A stretch of 64,000 nucleotides of DNA, taken from positions 62,001 to 126,000 of the forward strand of contig NIVC01001390.1 of assembly GCA_002269645.1 (NCBI GenBank), written 5' to 3'. Below are positions 45,601 to 57,779 of the stretch, piece by piece. The position numbers were made by a program, and so were the translations under genes. This DNA comes from Macrostomum lignano. Lineage: Eukaryota. Within the stretch, counting starts at the first letter, position 1, and each line of letters opens with the position of its first letter. The notes beneath the pieces are model-generated. The model searched no databases. It saw nothing but the letters and a program-made list of their open reading frames with translations, and had not been told where the DNA came from.

Positions 45601-47783
45601 TTGGTCAAGTCGTTGACTTGTGAGTTTATTTTTGCACAAAGACAAACGGTGTAGAGCAGCCTCGACTTTCTAGTTGTTGAACAGTTTCAACCGTCAACCC
45701 CGTTATTTTGAACACGTTTATTAAATTCCGCAGTGCTGTGCAAAGAGGCCGACTCTCACGACGTGTTCCTGCTGGCGTCGGCCGCCATTGCCAATATAAC
45801 CTTCATCAGTCCGGCCAGTTTTGAGTACATGCTCAAGTACAATACTGTGAGGGCGCTGGTTGATGCCTGCCAGCTGAGCAAGGCTGCATCACTGTTTGCA
45901 AAGGATCAGGTGAGGACTAATTGGATTCGTGCCCGCGGTTGAAGTGCTTCACCTCTCGCGGTAATCTTTGAAGTTGAAAGTGCTTGGTGTTTGTTGACTT
46001 TGTAATTATAAGTAAGTTTACGGCCAGTTCAGCTAGGTACAATATAATAAAAATATAATTTTATTGCAAGTCATTTCAGACAGGCAATTGCCTGGTTACT
46101 TGCACGATGTGACATTGTACTTTAGGCTAGGCCAGTCTCTGGGCCAACAAAAACCGCGTGGGGGCATCCATCCCTATCTTCACAACGCTGGCCTGGCAGC
46201 TGAACTACCTGTCATCTTGGGCGTGCAGCGCTCGGCCTCTGCTATCTGTCGAAAAGTAGCCAAATAGCTAACTAGGATCGTCAAACTTATTCTTCTGCAA
46301 CCCCTTCATTCATCGGTTATACAACCCCCAGACAAGAAGCGGCAGAGAAACAGGAAAGCAAGATTCATTATTTACCAATATGCTTCGAGATACGCTTTGG
46401 TGCAGTGGATCGAGAGCCCGGGAACAGCCATAATGAATAGTTCGTCTCCCGTCCACCACCTTGTGGCCTTAGCTACCAACCCTCCTTGCCATCTGTTTGC
46501 GTGATACCCAAATCACCAAGTCTCCTGATTAATACTTTTGGTCGCCGCGGTCCACCCACAGAAGCACCATCTGGCGCCAGGACTAAGCCAAAGTCTGGGC
46601 AGACAGATCAGGGAGGTGGGGAATATAGAAAATCCTATAAGCTGCATGCACTTCCTCCTGCGTCGACTAACGAGAAACGCGAGCCCCTAACACGCCCACC
46701 GAGAATGCCGCAGCCCCTATCTAACTTTTCGATCATAAAGCAATATGCTATGGTTTAGCAAACTGCCGCGTTTAAGGTACTTGGGGTGTTGCCGCAAGGA
46801 ATGTGACAAATATCGCACAGTGAATCTGAACTTCAACCATGGCTAAACCGTGTTTCTGGTTCCACCAAGCTGCAGTCCACTTGACTCCCTTGTGGTTAGT
46901 TAAACAATATTTTTCTAGCCAAGAATGGACCACTTCTTTCTGCCAGCACGTACCGGCCAAATGTCTTTCGTTACCGTCGATTTCCTAACAATTTGTCCTT
47001 TCAATCATTTCTTGGAATTTGCTTTTTATCCCGCGTGAACTACTATGAAATTCGCAACATGTTTTCCATCATTATAACTTGCTACGAATTGTAACACATT
47101 GGCATCCATTTTAAAAGCTTTTCTTGTGACGATCCAATTAAACGTATCGATTTAGTCTAAAAGCTCTGTAATGCATCACAAAGTTTGTTTTGTGTGAAGA
47201 TGAAATTAAATTATGTTGAGGCAAGACAGCATATAGCATAAAATTTTGATTTTCGTTGAAACTACTCCAAGTAACAATTCATGACTATGTTTGATAAAAA
47301 CATTTTATTGGTCGCTTGATCCTCAAGGTTGCCACAGTTCTCGCCAACATGGCCGCGTATGCGTGGTGTCACCAAAGCCTGACGCGCCACAACGCCATCG
47401 AGCTGCTGCTACACTTCCTGTCCGAGTCGCCGATGGGCAGCTGCCGATACGCCAGCTCGTCCTCAAGTGGTGTAAAATCATCGGCTTGCGAGCGTCTCCA
47501 GCAGAAAGCGGCAATTGCGCTGGGCCGTCTCGCTCGTGACGCATCCGCAGCCCAAATAGTCGTCGAGCTGGCCGGGGCGAACCGACTAGCGCAGCTCTGT
47601 CGTCGTCCGGAGGAGCGCAACAATTCCGACGCTGTACTGGTGGCAGCGCTGGCCGCCCTGAGGCAGATTCACGACAGCGTGGGCTCAGAGGATTTGGAAG
47701 AGCGGGACGTTGTCCAGTTGATTCGGCCGAGATTGTCCGAAGCGTTTCTGGCGTGCTCTCGATTGGACGAGAGCTACGTTTGA
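27743..47783 (+). CDS. insc: Protein inscuteable homologue (spindle-orientation adaptor), at least 9 exons
   Basis: Exons 27743-28061 ([31 protein letters not shown]/Pins-binding motif), unresolved exon(s), 35461-35623, 38412-38464 ([12 protein letters not shown]), 41849-42077, 44742-44867 ([14 protein letters not shown]), 45442-45619 ([14 protein letters not shown]), 45734-45909 ([14 protein letters not shown]) and 47328-47783 ([37 protein letters not shown]). Phases from 35461 onward are consistent, and the segments match vertebrate INSC as I recall it. Confidence 0.92.
28140..29765. repeat. 21-bp satellite (ccaattccaaactaggagtgc), roughly 75 copies
   Basis: Direct inspection; in insc intron 1. 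Confidence 0.97.
30511..30680. repeat. 34-bp tandem repeat, 5 copies
   Basis: agataaccggtgaatcacaggtagagtagctagt at 34-bp spacing. Confidence 0.92.
31240..31745. repeat. 12-bp minisatellite (actcactcatga)
   Basis: Direct inspection. Confidence 0.93.
32300..32780. repeat. Degenerate tandem repeat built on ctacttccggtt
   Basis: About 9 exact ACTTCCGG plus variants. Confidence 0.8.
33410..34250. repeat. CT-rich low-complexity repeat
   Basis: ctcctcgctct / ctcctccgctct units. Confidence 0.95.
34790..35335. repeat. 12-bp minisatellite (ctctgacccatc)
   Basis: Direct inspection. Confidence 0.95.
35945..36020 (-). mobile_element. Possible tRNA-derived SINE head remnant
   Basis: B-box gggttcgaatcc on the minus strand; A-box degenerate. 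Confidence 0.3.
36960..37780. repeat. GA-rich simple/low-complexity repeat
   Basis: (GA)n with gatg/ggtg interruptions. Confidence 0.95.
38784..39487. repeat. 12-bp satellite with two sub-arrays (gaggtggagagt x~30, then gacatggagagt x~28)
   Basis: Abrupt unit switch at 39144. Confidence 0.97.
40075..40480. repeat. 21-bp minisatellite (gactttacagactttacagct) with 10/11-bp sub-repeats
   Basis: Direct inspection. Confidence 0.9.
41232..41741. repeat. 10-bp (gagatgcagg) then 20-bp (gagatgcagggagttgaatc) minisatellite
   Basis: Direct inspection. Confidence 0.93.
42225..42375. repeat. 11-bp minisatellite (gatagagatct / gatagaggtct)
   Basis: Direct inspection. Confidence 0.85.
42900..43655 (+). 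mobile_element. MITE-like dispersed repeat carrying an expanded 21-bp array (cattttggcgccgcaggcact, ~27 copies, 42983-43545)
   Basis: Both flanks of the array match, in reverse orientation, the short copy at 61032-61286. Confidence 0.7.
45230..45390. repeat. Degenerate ~22-bp tandem repeat (tatctagacctgttatcttca)
   Basis: Direct inspection. Confidence 0.75.
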
Positions 47784-49196
47784 CAGTCCTTGTACTGGTT
47801 GTGGGTTTTCTAGGCTTTCTGTCTGTTCGAATCTCGCAAATGCCTTGAAAAATTTGTCGTATTTTAAATTCGACATAAAAAGTACTTAAAATCTTCAGTG
47901 ACATATCTACATACATATGTAATTGTACATGTTTGTTGTACTTTGATTGAATCTTGATGTGATACTGATGTCAGTGATTTCTTGATGTAATTCTATTGAT
48001 TGAGAATTGTGCATTTCTTAAGTTGCTTTTTAGATCAGTAGTATGATAATATATGCTTGAGAACATACATGTTCTACTTTAAAGTGTTCTCATTCCTTGC
48101 TGACAACAATATCTAAATGTAGTGGCTCAGCTGTGTAATGTACTTTCTGCTGTTTTTTTTAAATTTTAATTACCTTAGCATCCTACAGTCAAAGATTTCT
48201 GAGTTTGAGAGAAACAATATTTTGAAGCAATATGTAATGGATAACTCTGTAGACAAGTTGAAAGGAAAGATTTTATCTCATCCCCTAAAATGCGTTTGTT
48301 GAGATGTGGCGCCGCGAGCTACCTGAGTTATTAGTAGTATCTGTTGACGATTACCAGTAAATTTCTAGGATTCCCGATTCACTGGAAACGAATTTTTTAG
48401 CTTAAACTAACAAAATTCTGTAAAATGAAATCTCAGCTCTCAGTCTATTATGACAGCAAGTATCTCGTACGAATCATTGATTTTTCGTACGTGTATTTAT
48501 TCTCTGCTCGGAGTTCCATATGGAAATGTGCTTTTTGCAGTGGTTAAATATTACTGCATCTTTCGTCATTGGTACGAACAATAATTTTGCCATCTTTTTT
48601 ACAACGCAACGTTGAACTCCTTCATATACTCGTATATGCTTGCCCGTCGCTGCTATTTTGCTACCTGATTTGTTTAAATTGCTCGACTTATTATAGTCTA
48701 ACTGCCACCGCTTTCCAATTCATTTAAACTAGATTTTGTCTGCCATTTAAGTGTATAGAGCGCTTTAAGAAAATCTTTTGACAGGGTGCTGCTATAGCTA
48801 AAATGGTGATTGGAGTACAACAAGCTGCACTCTTCTGTAAATTAATCAGTATAGAATTTTTCGCACCTATCATTATTTGTGAATGACAATGAGTTTACAA
48901 ATGCATTGTTAGCAACGGTATGTACTTTTATGCTTTAAGGTTCCAAAAATGATTTTTATTTGTCAAAAAAAAATGTTTTCTTTATTTTTTGCCTGAAATT
49001 CTCTATCAAGCACTCGGAACTTCATGCAGTTTAAACAATTAAATGCAAATATTAGGCAGGAGGAACTAGGCTAGATCTGCACAACTAATAATCCTTGAAG
49101 TAAACTGAGAAAGGAAAGGAAACTGGATTCAGATCTGTGGTAAAGTTGCGCGTCTGAGAAAAAGTAGAATTAAGAAGGTGAGCGCTTTTTTTTTAT

Positions 49197-49237
49197 GCGA
49201 CATGTTTCGCCTCGCGTCAGGCATCGTCAGGCTCTTA
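49197..49237 (-). ncRNA. Minimal type I hammerhead ribozyme (Penelope-associated)
   Basis: Minus strand GC-CTGACGA-T-GCC-TGACGCGA-GGC-GAAA-CATGTC-GC: CUGANGA and GAAA cores, 3-bp stem II, palindromic ACATGT stem III, GUC cleavage triplet. Stem I looks weak. Confidence 0.8.
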
Positions 49238-49662
49238 AAATTAGTAACGATTTATTTGCTCATTTATATTTAACAATTAAGACTAATAACGGGTCGATAA
49301 AAGTCAGAAAAGTATATATACTCAGCAACATTAAAAAGTCGCCACTCTATACGTCAGTGAGCAATTTCTCTTGGACTATTCTGAAATAAAAGATAGGAGA
49401 AAACTGATCGGGGTAGCTTTAATCCGTCGAACCCTCGCACACCGCTCCCCCACTTCATTCCTTAACTCAAGTCTGCTGCGTGGCGTAGCTGAGTTGCGTC
49501 ACTCGCAAAGATTGAGAGACTTTATCTGCACTCTCAGTAGTGGCGACCACAGACGGAATCTTCTGTGATGGCGACTTTTCGATGTTGCTGAGTATAAATT
49601 AACAGTAGATTGCACAGTCCGATGGAGCGCTCACAGATTGGGAGATGAGCACAACTGTACAC

Positions 49663-49998
49663 CTAGAATACTCTAAGAAGGGCCCTTGCGCCGTGATTGG
49701 CAAGTTGCTTATTTAGGATTGGTTTACGCGATTTTATATACAGGGCCTCAAGCACTTTTAGTCTGTACTCATTTGAGCACGTATGGATGGTGGAAAAGTT
49801 TTTGTCTATTTGGCTGTCACAGCATTCTTTGCATATCATCAGGTGGTCGTGCACGGCCGACATCTTTTGCCTATGTTCTCTACTTCTCATGTACAGGTGT
49901 CTGGTCGTTTCACCTATGTAGGTGATACTCTGGTCGCCAGAGCATTGAAATTGGTAAACGACACCTGCCCGTAAGGAGCTGGCAACGCGGAAATTCAA
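49663..49998 (-). pseudogene. GIY-YIG endonuclease C-terminus of a 5'-truncated Penelope-like element
   Basis: VVYQFQC...YIGETTRHLYMRSREH...SAVHDH...LKVLEALYIKSRKPILNKQL. Confidence 0.9.
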
Positions 49999-51412
49999 AT
50001 TCTGGCGGGATTTAGATGGGATTCAGATGGGAGTCAGATCGGATTCAGATCGGAGTCAGACCGAAGTCCTTACCATATCATCGAGGACAACTATAAGTTA
50101 CCGTTTTATCGTAACGGTAGCTTCTAGTGGTCCTTGAAGCCATTAGGTATTAATAAGTCTATTAATCTTCTGGCGTCTTCGGCTCTTCTACAGAACTTCA
50201 GTAGAGGGGATAAAGTAGCTAAAGTGTACCAATCCTACGGAGCGCTACCATCAAGATACATGCAAATTACAGATGCCAATTAAACTCTTAGATATGGTTT
50301 GCTTTCGGATTTTTAACTGTTGGATTCTTCTGCAGTAGCTATCAATAATGAAATACTGACTTTGTTGAACTGGCTGCTAGCTGTGTATATTGGTAAAATA
50401 TACCAAAGTATTCAAAGCCAAAACTATCCGTAACGGATGACTTTTAGACGTTGTAAATCATGATTACACAATTCTATTGCTTGAAACTATAAATTTTGAA
50501 CTAAACTTTAAATACTTGAAAGTGTGTTGTAGGTTGTTCGAATAAAAAAATTGTTAATTTGGGCGCACAGGAAAGATGGAAGATGCAGAACAAAGCAAAA
50601 GAGACATAAAACAAATCTGACCAATTGATCAATGCATTCAAGATTTTGTTAGCAGGCTAATTGCTTAAATGCATTGCTCAAATTTGATTAGAAAGCTAAA
50701 GCAAGTAAATAAACAGTCTAATCCTTTACTTCACTGCTAGTTGTGGTGCCTATGATATCGATGATATCCATCGGTGGGACGGCGACTTCCGGTTGCTCTA
50801 TAATTAGCGGTAGGTCTGTGACTTCGGTCATTTTTATTAGTATCGCGCGCTGAAATGAGAAATTTTGCTATTCAAGTTAATCGCTTTTAATTCTCAAATA
50901 GTTTCTCATCCTGTTTCACCAATAGTGTGAGGCCAGCAAAAACTTGTATTATATATGTAGCTATTAGTTTCCTACGTAGGAAGCTATATTCGAGTCTAAG
51001 TTCTTCAAGTTGATTCCTAATTTCTATTTTGGGAGATTTCCTACTGAAGAGTAGCAAGAGAAGAGAGTGAAGCGAACCTCTATCGTGTGTACAAAAAGTT
51101 CTGCACCGATAGTCAAATAGAATTTCTGTGTGCGGTCACAGGTGAGGTCCTCTGCGACTAAAAGACCAGTCAACTGCGACTAATAACTGAGGATTGAGAG
51201 GAACTATCACTAAAGAGTTTGGAGGGTGATACAGTACACGCGTAAGTTATAGTCTGAATAAGTTAACGCTAAAAGAAGTCAAAGACAAATCCTTCCAAAA
51301 CATTCTAGTTTATTCAAAAAAGCATTTCATGCTTGTGATCTTTAAAAGATGGCACCGAGTACAGTTCTAACAATTGTTATCTCATAAATATTCTTATGTT
51401 CACTATTCTTAC

Positions 51413-51673
51413 TTTCGGTTTTTTGGTCATAAGTTTAAATTTATCGCCCTCAGTGGACAACGACAAGCCGGATTCAAGCCGACTGCGTGCAGCCTTGTCG
51501 TCCATAGAGTTCATAGAGTCCATAGAGTAGAGTACGCAGAGGACCATGTTGATATCGGCATTTTTGATCAAATAACGGGCGCCTACGTCACTATGTTGTT
51601 CTTCAATTGATGATGAACGCCATAACAGTTGTTCCAGATTTTCTTTAAGCCTGAAATTTAATTTCATCATTAC
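51413..51673 (-). CDS. Exon of uncharacterised tandem gene family, divergent copy 1
   Basis: ttatttag acceptor, gtaaga donor, 87 open codons. LEQLL..SDVGARYLIKNADINMVLCVL aligns by eye with FEELL..DDVPGAHYCGKLNDITQLLNII of the 57-kb copy. Confidence 0.45.
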
Positions 51674-52699
51674 CTAAATAATTAGGCAGTTAAAATACAT
51701 TAATAATTCTTTAATTAATCTGGCGACATTATACAGCACTAAGGAAAGTTTTAAACAGCTGTGCAAGAAATAAGTGCTACAGTTTATATGCAAGATGTTA
51801 GCCAATAAATGTCGATATAATAAATAAGTGCAAAGTTACAATCAGTGTCATGAAAAGGACAGCTTACGTAAACACGTACTTGTACTCCTCTTGATAATTG
51901 TTCTCTTCCTGGTGCATTGTTCAGCCAGATATCTAGCTGGAAAAGTAGAATGGTTGGAAATCAAAATAAATTATCTATATATCTAAATATCTAAATATCT
52001 ATTCATTGAGGCAAAATTACAATACGCAATACATTTAATGCATCTAGTTTGTCGAGTGTTTTTGCATGTGCTTCAAAGCGGGCTTGGAGCTGACTCTCGT
52101 GGTTTTGGGACTAAACTTTTTCATTAGCGAACGACGCCAAGAAAGGAAGGCGAAGGCGCGGCAAGGGCAAAGAAGGGCTCCTGTGACAAACCGAATTTAT
52201 TTTAATGCACTCAAAAAGACAGTAATTGAAAACGGTGATTAAATACAAGGACGAATAGAGGCAAAGGGAGAAAAAATGAGCGTGCAAGGGCGAGACAGGG
52301 CAGCCGGGCCTGAGCAGCCCAGCGCGGCACAAAAATCCCCCTAAAGGGATGGTGGGGCGGCTCAAGCGCCCACCCTCCGCGAGAAAGAGTAGAGAGAAAG
52401 CACAGCGAAGAGGGCCAGCCGTCTACTCCCGATTCGCCGAATTCATACTGCATCGAATGCCTGATACTTGGTTGTTGCTTGCTATCGATGCGAATACATG
52501 CATAACGCAAATAACAATGCATAGCTCAACTGCCCCCCCTCCCCAACTAGGCGACATGAGTGAAGCATAGTGAAGGATATAAAGAATAATAATTAGTAAA
52601 TTAGTAAAAAGGAACTTAGCAAAGCTGAAGAAAGAGCGGCCCAGCACTAGCAAGTCTAAGGGATTTGATTCAGTATGAAATCGACGAATCGGAATTCGG

Positions 52700-53075
52700 C
52701 CAGTCAGGATTCGGCCAGTCATGATTCGGTCAGTCGGGATTCGGCCAGTCATGATTCGGTCAGTCGGGATTCGGCCAGTCGGGATTCGGCCAGTCATGAT
52801 TCGGCCAGTCGGGATTCGGCCAGTCATGATTCGGCCAGTCGGGATTTGGACAATCGAGATTCGGCCAGTCGGGATTCGGTCAATCGGGATTCGGCCAGTC
52901 GGGATTCGTCCAGTCGGGATTCGGCCAGTCGGGATTCGGCCAGTCATGATTCGGCCAGTCGGGATTCGGCCAGTCATGATTCGGTCAGTCATGATTCGGC
53001 CAGTCATGATTCGGCCAGTCGGGATTTGGACAATCGAGATTCGGGCAATCGAGAATGCGGCCAATCGGGAGTAGA
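52700..53075. repeat. 15-bp minisatellite (gattcggccagtcgg / gattcggccagtcat)
   Basis: Direct inspection. Confidence 0.95.
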
Positions 53076-54044
53076 CCGGACCGGCCCCTCCCCGAAGCTT
53101 TCGTTACCCCAGAGTAGCTACGCAACTCTTCACTTTAGCTGTTGAGTGAATAAGTCAGAAAGTTCCAGAATCCTGATCATATAAATATGCTTATTGACAA
53201 AAGAACTACATTTTTGATTCACCGTAAGAGGAGCAACGCAAGCACATTAAATTGAAGAACTGTTCTCAGTTTTTGCTGCCAGAGCACAGAGGAAGAGATT
53301 ACATTGAGACAGGGGCGCGAGACTGCACAGAAAGTCAGAGGTTCACAGACCGAGAGGCGGCATGGATGTTGGGGCGATCGAGAGACAGCGGCTGGGAAAT
53401 GGGGTCTAAAATAAAAAGATGATTTTGGCTCGCTGTACCCAGACAATTTGATATACTGGTATCTATCCTAGGTACGCTCGTAACTGGAGCTGAATGAAAT
53501 TATATGAAAAATAGACGAGCTAATTTCATTCTCAAGCAATAAAATTGCGATTATGACACAAGACACTTCTTAAGAGGATTGAGATTGAGAGGACAAAGAA
53601 CCGGTCATTAAAATGATGGAAGCATATTTAAAAGTTCTATTTTGTTACAAAGGCAATATGAGGAACAAAAAATTTGTCTGCTCTATAATACTGTAATTCG
53701 TCGCGCGCGCTATGCTGGCGCCGGTTTCGGGTCCTGGCACCGATATGTACAGTCGCCCGGCCTCAATTTAATAGAACCATTCGCCTCAGTTGAGAAGGAT
53801 AGCTTGTAGTGTGACAGAGTGGCCAAGCCCTCATATGCTAAACTAGCGACCCAGGGTGTTTGAGGTTGCACGCCAAATGCACGGCAGAGTACATCCGCAA
53901 AAGTACATTTGCGAAAAAGTACGCAAAAGTACATTTGTAGAAGCTCCTGATACTGTGACATTGCTGCCGACTATCCTGAACATTGGGACTTCAGCCGACT
54001 TCACAAGCTCGAAATTTTATATCCTCGAAACTGTGGGTTAAGCT

Positions 54045-54140
54045 CAGACAGACAAACAGATAGACAGACAGACAGACAGACAGACAGGCAGACAGAAACT
54101 AAGACACTAAGACACTAAGATACTAAGACACTAAGATAGA
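54045..54140. repeat. (gaca)n and (ctaagaca)n microsatellites
   Basis: Direct inspection. Confidence 0.85.
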
Positions 54141-56769
54141 CAGTACATTTTCGAGGTTGTGCAATTTCGGGTTTGTGAAAGTGGCTGCTAGAATGGTTTT
54201 CGAGGTTGTGAAATTTCGAGCTTATGAAAGCAACCCGGTCAACCAAGGTTGCTGTTAACCTTACATCCAAGTGTAAAGAGGAGGGTGTTGCAGATTTTTA
54301 CAATAGAAAAAATTTCCAATTTGTGGGCGCAAAGGAAAGGTGGAACATACCGAAACAAAACAAAATGGACAAAAGACAAATCTGATCAATGAATGCATTT
54401 GAAAGCTTAAATGTCGTTGCTAAATTGTGACCAGAAAGCTAACGCAAATATTACAAAAACTATCAAAACAATCAAAGAGTACCGAGTCAACATAGAGAGC
54501 CAATTGATCAATTCTTTCAGACAAAAGTCTGCTACAAAAAATAGAAAAAAAATTCTGTAGCATGTTCATAAACAGCGATGTACTTTCACTGCTCAAAAAT
54601 ATCAATTCATGATGACGAGATGTTTAAATGAAATCTTAATTTCTATTCAGTAAAAATTAGCATCCATCCAATCCATTTCTAGTTATATATTTTTGTTTTT
54701 GGACAATAAGTAGGCGTTCGACGATTTGGGATTTCGGCCTCATGGCACTCTGTTAGCGTGAATCTCATCTTAGTTTCAAGTTGGCCCGGTAGGCAGGTGA
54801 GTCCAGTTGGAAAGTTCAATGCTTTGGTGATGTTACTGGTGCTAAGTTGGGTTTCCTTTTCTTTATTTTGACGCTTGGGATCCGATTGATTGAATAAGTA
54901 AATACGCTCGTAAGATTGGATTGGACTCACAGTTTGTCTAGTGGTCTGTACCAATAAAATGTCAAAGGGGATATTCGCGAGTCTTAGTGGGGAATGAACA
55001 GGAACTGCATTGCTTATTGAAGATGATTTTGTAGTCACACGTCAGACCAGATGACCAGGAAGTCTGAATTCTCTACTTCAATACAGAAGTTGCAAAGCCT
55101 GTGATGTCAAGCCCAGTGCGTCCTATGATGGAGCGACGACGTTGGCCATTCGTGACTATAGGTGACTTGATTTCTGAAATGGGAAATTTTGCACTTCAAA
55201 TTAATCGCTCTCAATTCCTAAATAAAGTGTCTCATCCTGCTTCAGCATTATTTAGAGGCCAGCAAATACTGATGTGCATGCATAGCACTACTTAGAAAAC
55301 TCCATTCAAGCCTCAGATCAGTTTTCTTCAATGCGATTTCCGACTTCTTTTTTGAGACTTTTTTGAACCTACTGAAGAGTAGGAAGAGAAGAGTCTTTTA
55401 CCGTGGTATACGATATAACTTCTGTGTGCGGTCGCAGCTGTGAGGTTCTCAGCTCAGCGGATAAGACCAGCTGAAAGAGAGTAAAATAACTGGGGATTGT
55501 GAGGAATTCTAACCTCAGAAATTTGGACACAGTTATCAGCTCACGTTTCTAATAGTAACTCCTAATACTCGTAGCTTTAGTAACTTTGACGACTTACTTT
55601 TTGAATCAAAGTTCCAGTTTAAGTTATGACCGGATGACCGCGTCACTTTGTCGTCAGCTGAGAAGGATAAGTAAATGATGCGAAGGATGATTTACATTTT
55701 CATGTCACAGATCTTATCTAATATCAATTATCGGCCATCTCGATATCTATCACATACTATCTGTATTATACTGTAACGGCAAAATAGAATATTGTCGTTG
55801 AATATTTAGACAATCTTATTTACATTCCTATTGTTGGTAATGTTTATGCCACGCAAACAATGGATATTCATGACTAGTGTGTCTTTGCTACCTTAGACTA
55901 GGGTAGATAAAATATGAGAAGAGAGGGAAGAAAAAAATGGGAAAGACAGAGGTGGAAGAAAATGCCATTGCTACTGGCAGTAGTATGTATAGTACAGGGG
56001 AAGGGGCTCATCTCGTGCTGAAAGTCAGTACTCGTGAAATGCAATAAAGAAGCATTTAAATGAATGCACTTAAATAAACTGCTGCATTGTGTCTATAACG
56101 GAGGCCTTATATCTCCAAAATAGTAATGTAGTAGAAGATTCACAAATCCTCAGTGTCCGTTCTCAGCGACGAAGTGACGTCAGTCATTCGTGACTATTGG
56201 TGACTTAGCCTCTGAAATGGTAGATTTCGCACTTCAAAAATATTTTCGCTCTAGTTTCTACTGCTTGCCTACTGAGAGTAGCGAAAAAAGAGTGTGAAGC
56301 GAATCTCTCATCATGTGTACAAAAAACTCTGCACCAGTAGTTGGTAGTTGCAGGTGAAGTCCAAAGCTTAGCAGATAAGACCAGTTGACAGTGAGTAAGA
56401 ACTGAGGACTTTGAGGAATTCCAACTGCAGGTTTGGACACACTAAGTGGTTCATGTTTCTAATAGAAACTTAAGTAACTTTAGTAACTTTGACTAAAGAC
56501 CACTAAACTTTTAAATCAAACTTAAAATATGTTAGTCCTAGTTGCCACTACATATATTTGAAAGAGAGTTGAAGTTAACTTAATAACACTTTCTATACGC
56601 GCCAAAAAGAAGTCAAAGAAAAATAGACGGTCCAAAAATTCATTGACTTGACGTTTATTTGACCCCGGTACAGTTCCTGGAGATCCGATCGAATCTGGGT
56701 TGGACACACACAATGTGTATCGTCACAAGCTCTCAGATCTCAACAGGAACTGTCCGGGTCCGAGTCAAT

Positions 56770-57779
56770 CTACATGGCGCAACCGCAAGGAAGCGTGACC
56801 GATCTGAAATGGAATATTATTTTTTTATATTTAGTACATCTTAAATACTATAGGCAATATCTGTGCAACTCAAATAATAAATATTCATTAGACTAGTAAT
56901 TTAGATTTAGTAAAACTTACCAGTCTGAAAACGTTTGGCCAATGGCCTTAGCCAGGTGGATTTCATACCCATTCTGAATTTTCTTAATGTTCAGTTGAAA
57001 ATCGTTTATTAGCAACCGTAGGTCACCGTAGGCGCATAGGTCAATGCCAATTTTTTCTTTGGGCAGACCAATAATGTTTAGAAGTTGCGTGATATCATTT
57101 AATTTGCCACAGTAATGGGCTCCAGGAACATCATCCTGCCGTTTCAGCTTACACTCAGTATCAGAAGCCAGGAGTTCCTCGAAGCTGCAGAAATATTTTA
57201 TTGGATCGGCATATCCATATATTAAGATGTAAGATAGTAAAATTGATTGCCAAATTTTAAGCAATCTTAGATAAAATTCGTAGTTTAATTGAAAAAACTT
57301 CATTTTTGATTGGTGCAGTGTGACACATCTATGCTGATCGCGATCGACATAATGAAATTTTCAGAAACTTAGTAGTTAAGCATGAATGCCTATGGTAAAA
57401 TACCAATAATGGAACCATGCTTTGTGGGCGTTAATATAAAATCCTCGGGCCGCCCAACGTCTGTCGAGACTATTGAAAATCTTTACTCTGATTCTATGCT
57501 AACTAAACCACAAATATGTTTTGTGGGACGAGGCGTATAGGTAATTTTCTCATTTCTGACTATAGATAATTAAGTAGAAAGTTATCGAGGTCAAAGTATC
57601 TTAACATTTTAACATCATTCAGTTTTACTGCATACATATACATGTAATTCTAGGGCGACTGGATAGCCATCAGGTCATAGCAAATCTTACCTTGGTTGTT
57701 GGACGTTCCCATAGTACAGTTCCAACCAGTTGTACTCTGGCGAGGAGGTAACTTTTGGCATTGCTGATATGCGGCAGTG
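56770..57779 (-). CDS. Uncharacterised tandem gene family, copy 2 (three exons visible)
   Basis: Exons 57779-57691, 57328-56921 and 56803-56770 with GT-AG: MPKVTSSPEYNWLELYYGNVQQPR/CVTLHQSKMKFFQLNYEFY...IHLAKAIGQTFSD/(TGA formed at junction)SVTLPCGCAM*. Confidence 0.55.

Larger units (their letters stand above)
49190..49998 (-). mobile_element. Penelope-like retroelement 3' fragment (ORF end, pseudo-LTR, ribozyme)
   Basis: GIY-YIG ORF end followed ~430 nt downstream on the same strand by a hammerhead. Confidence 0.8.

Noticed and set aside
51040-51090. CTGAAGA followed by GAA as a hammerhead in the repeated module
   Set aside because: It forms a simple CTACT/AGTAG hairpin with no stem II or GAAA core geometry.
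52423-53145. RDSAS / GRIPT repeat ORFs resembling low-complexity proteins
   Set aside because: Translation of a 15-bp minisatellite, open on both strands.
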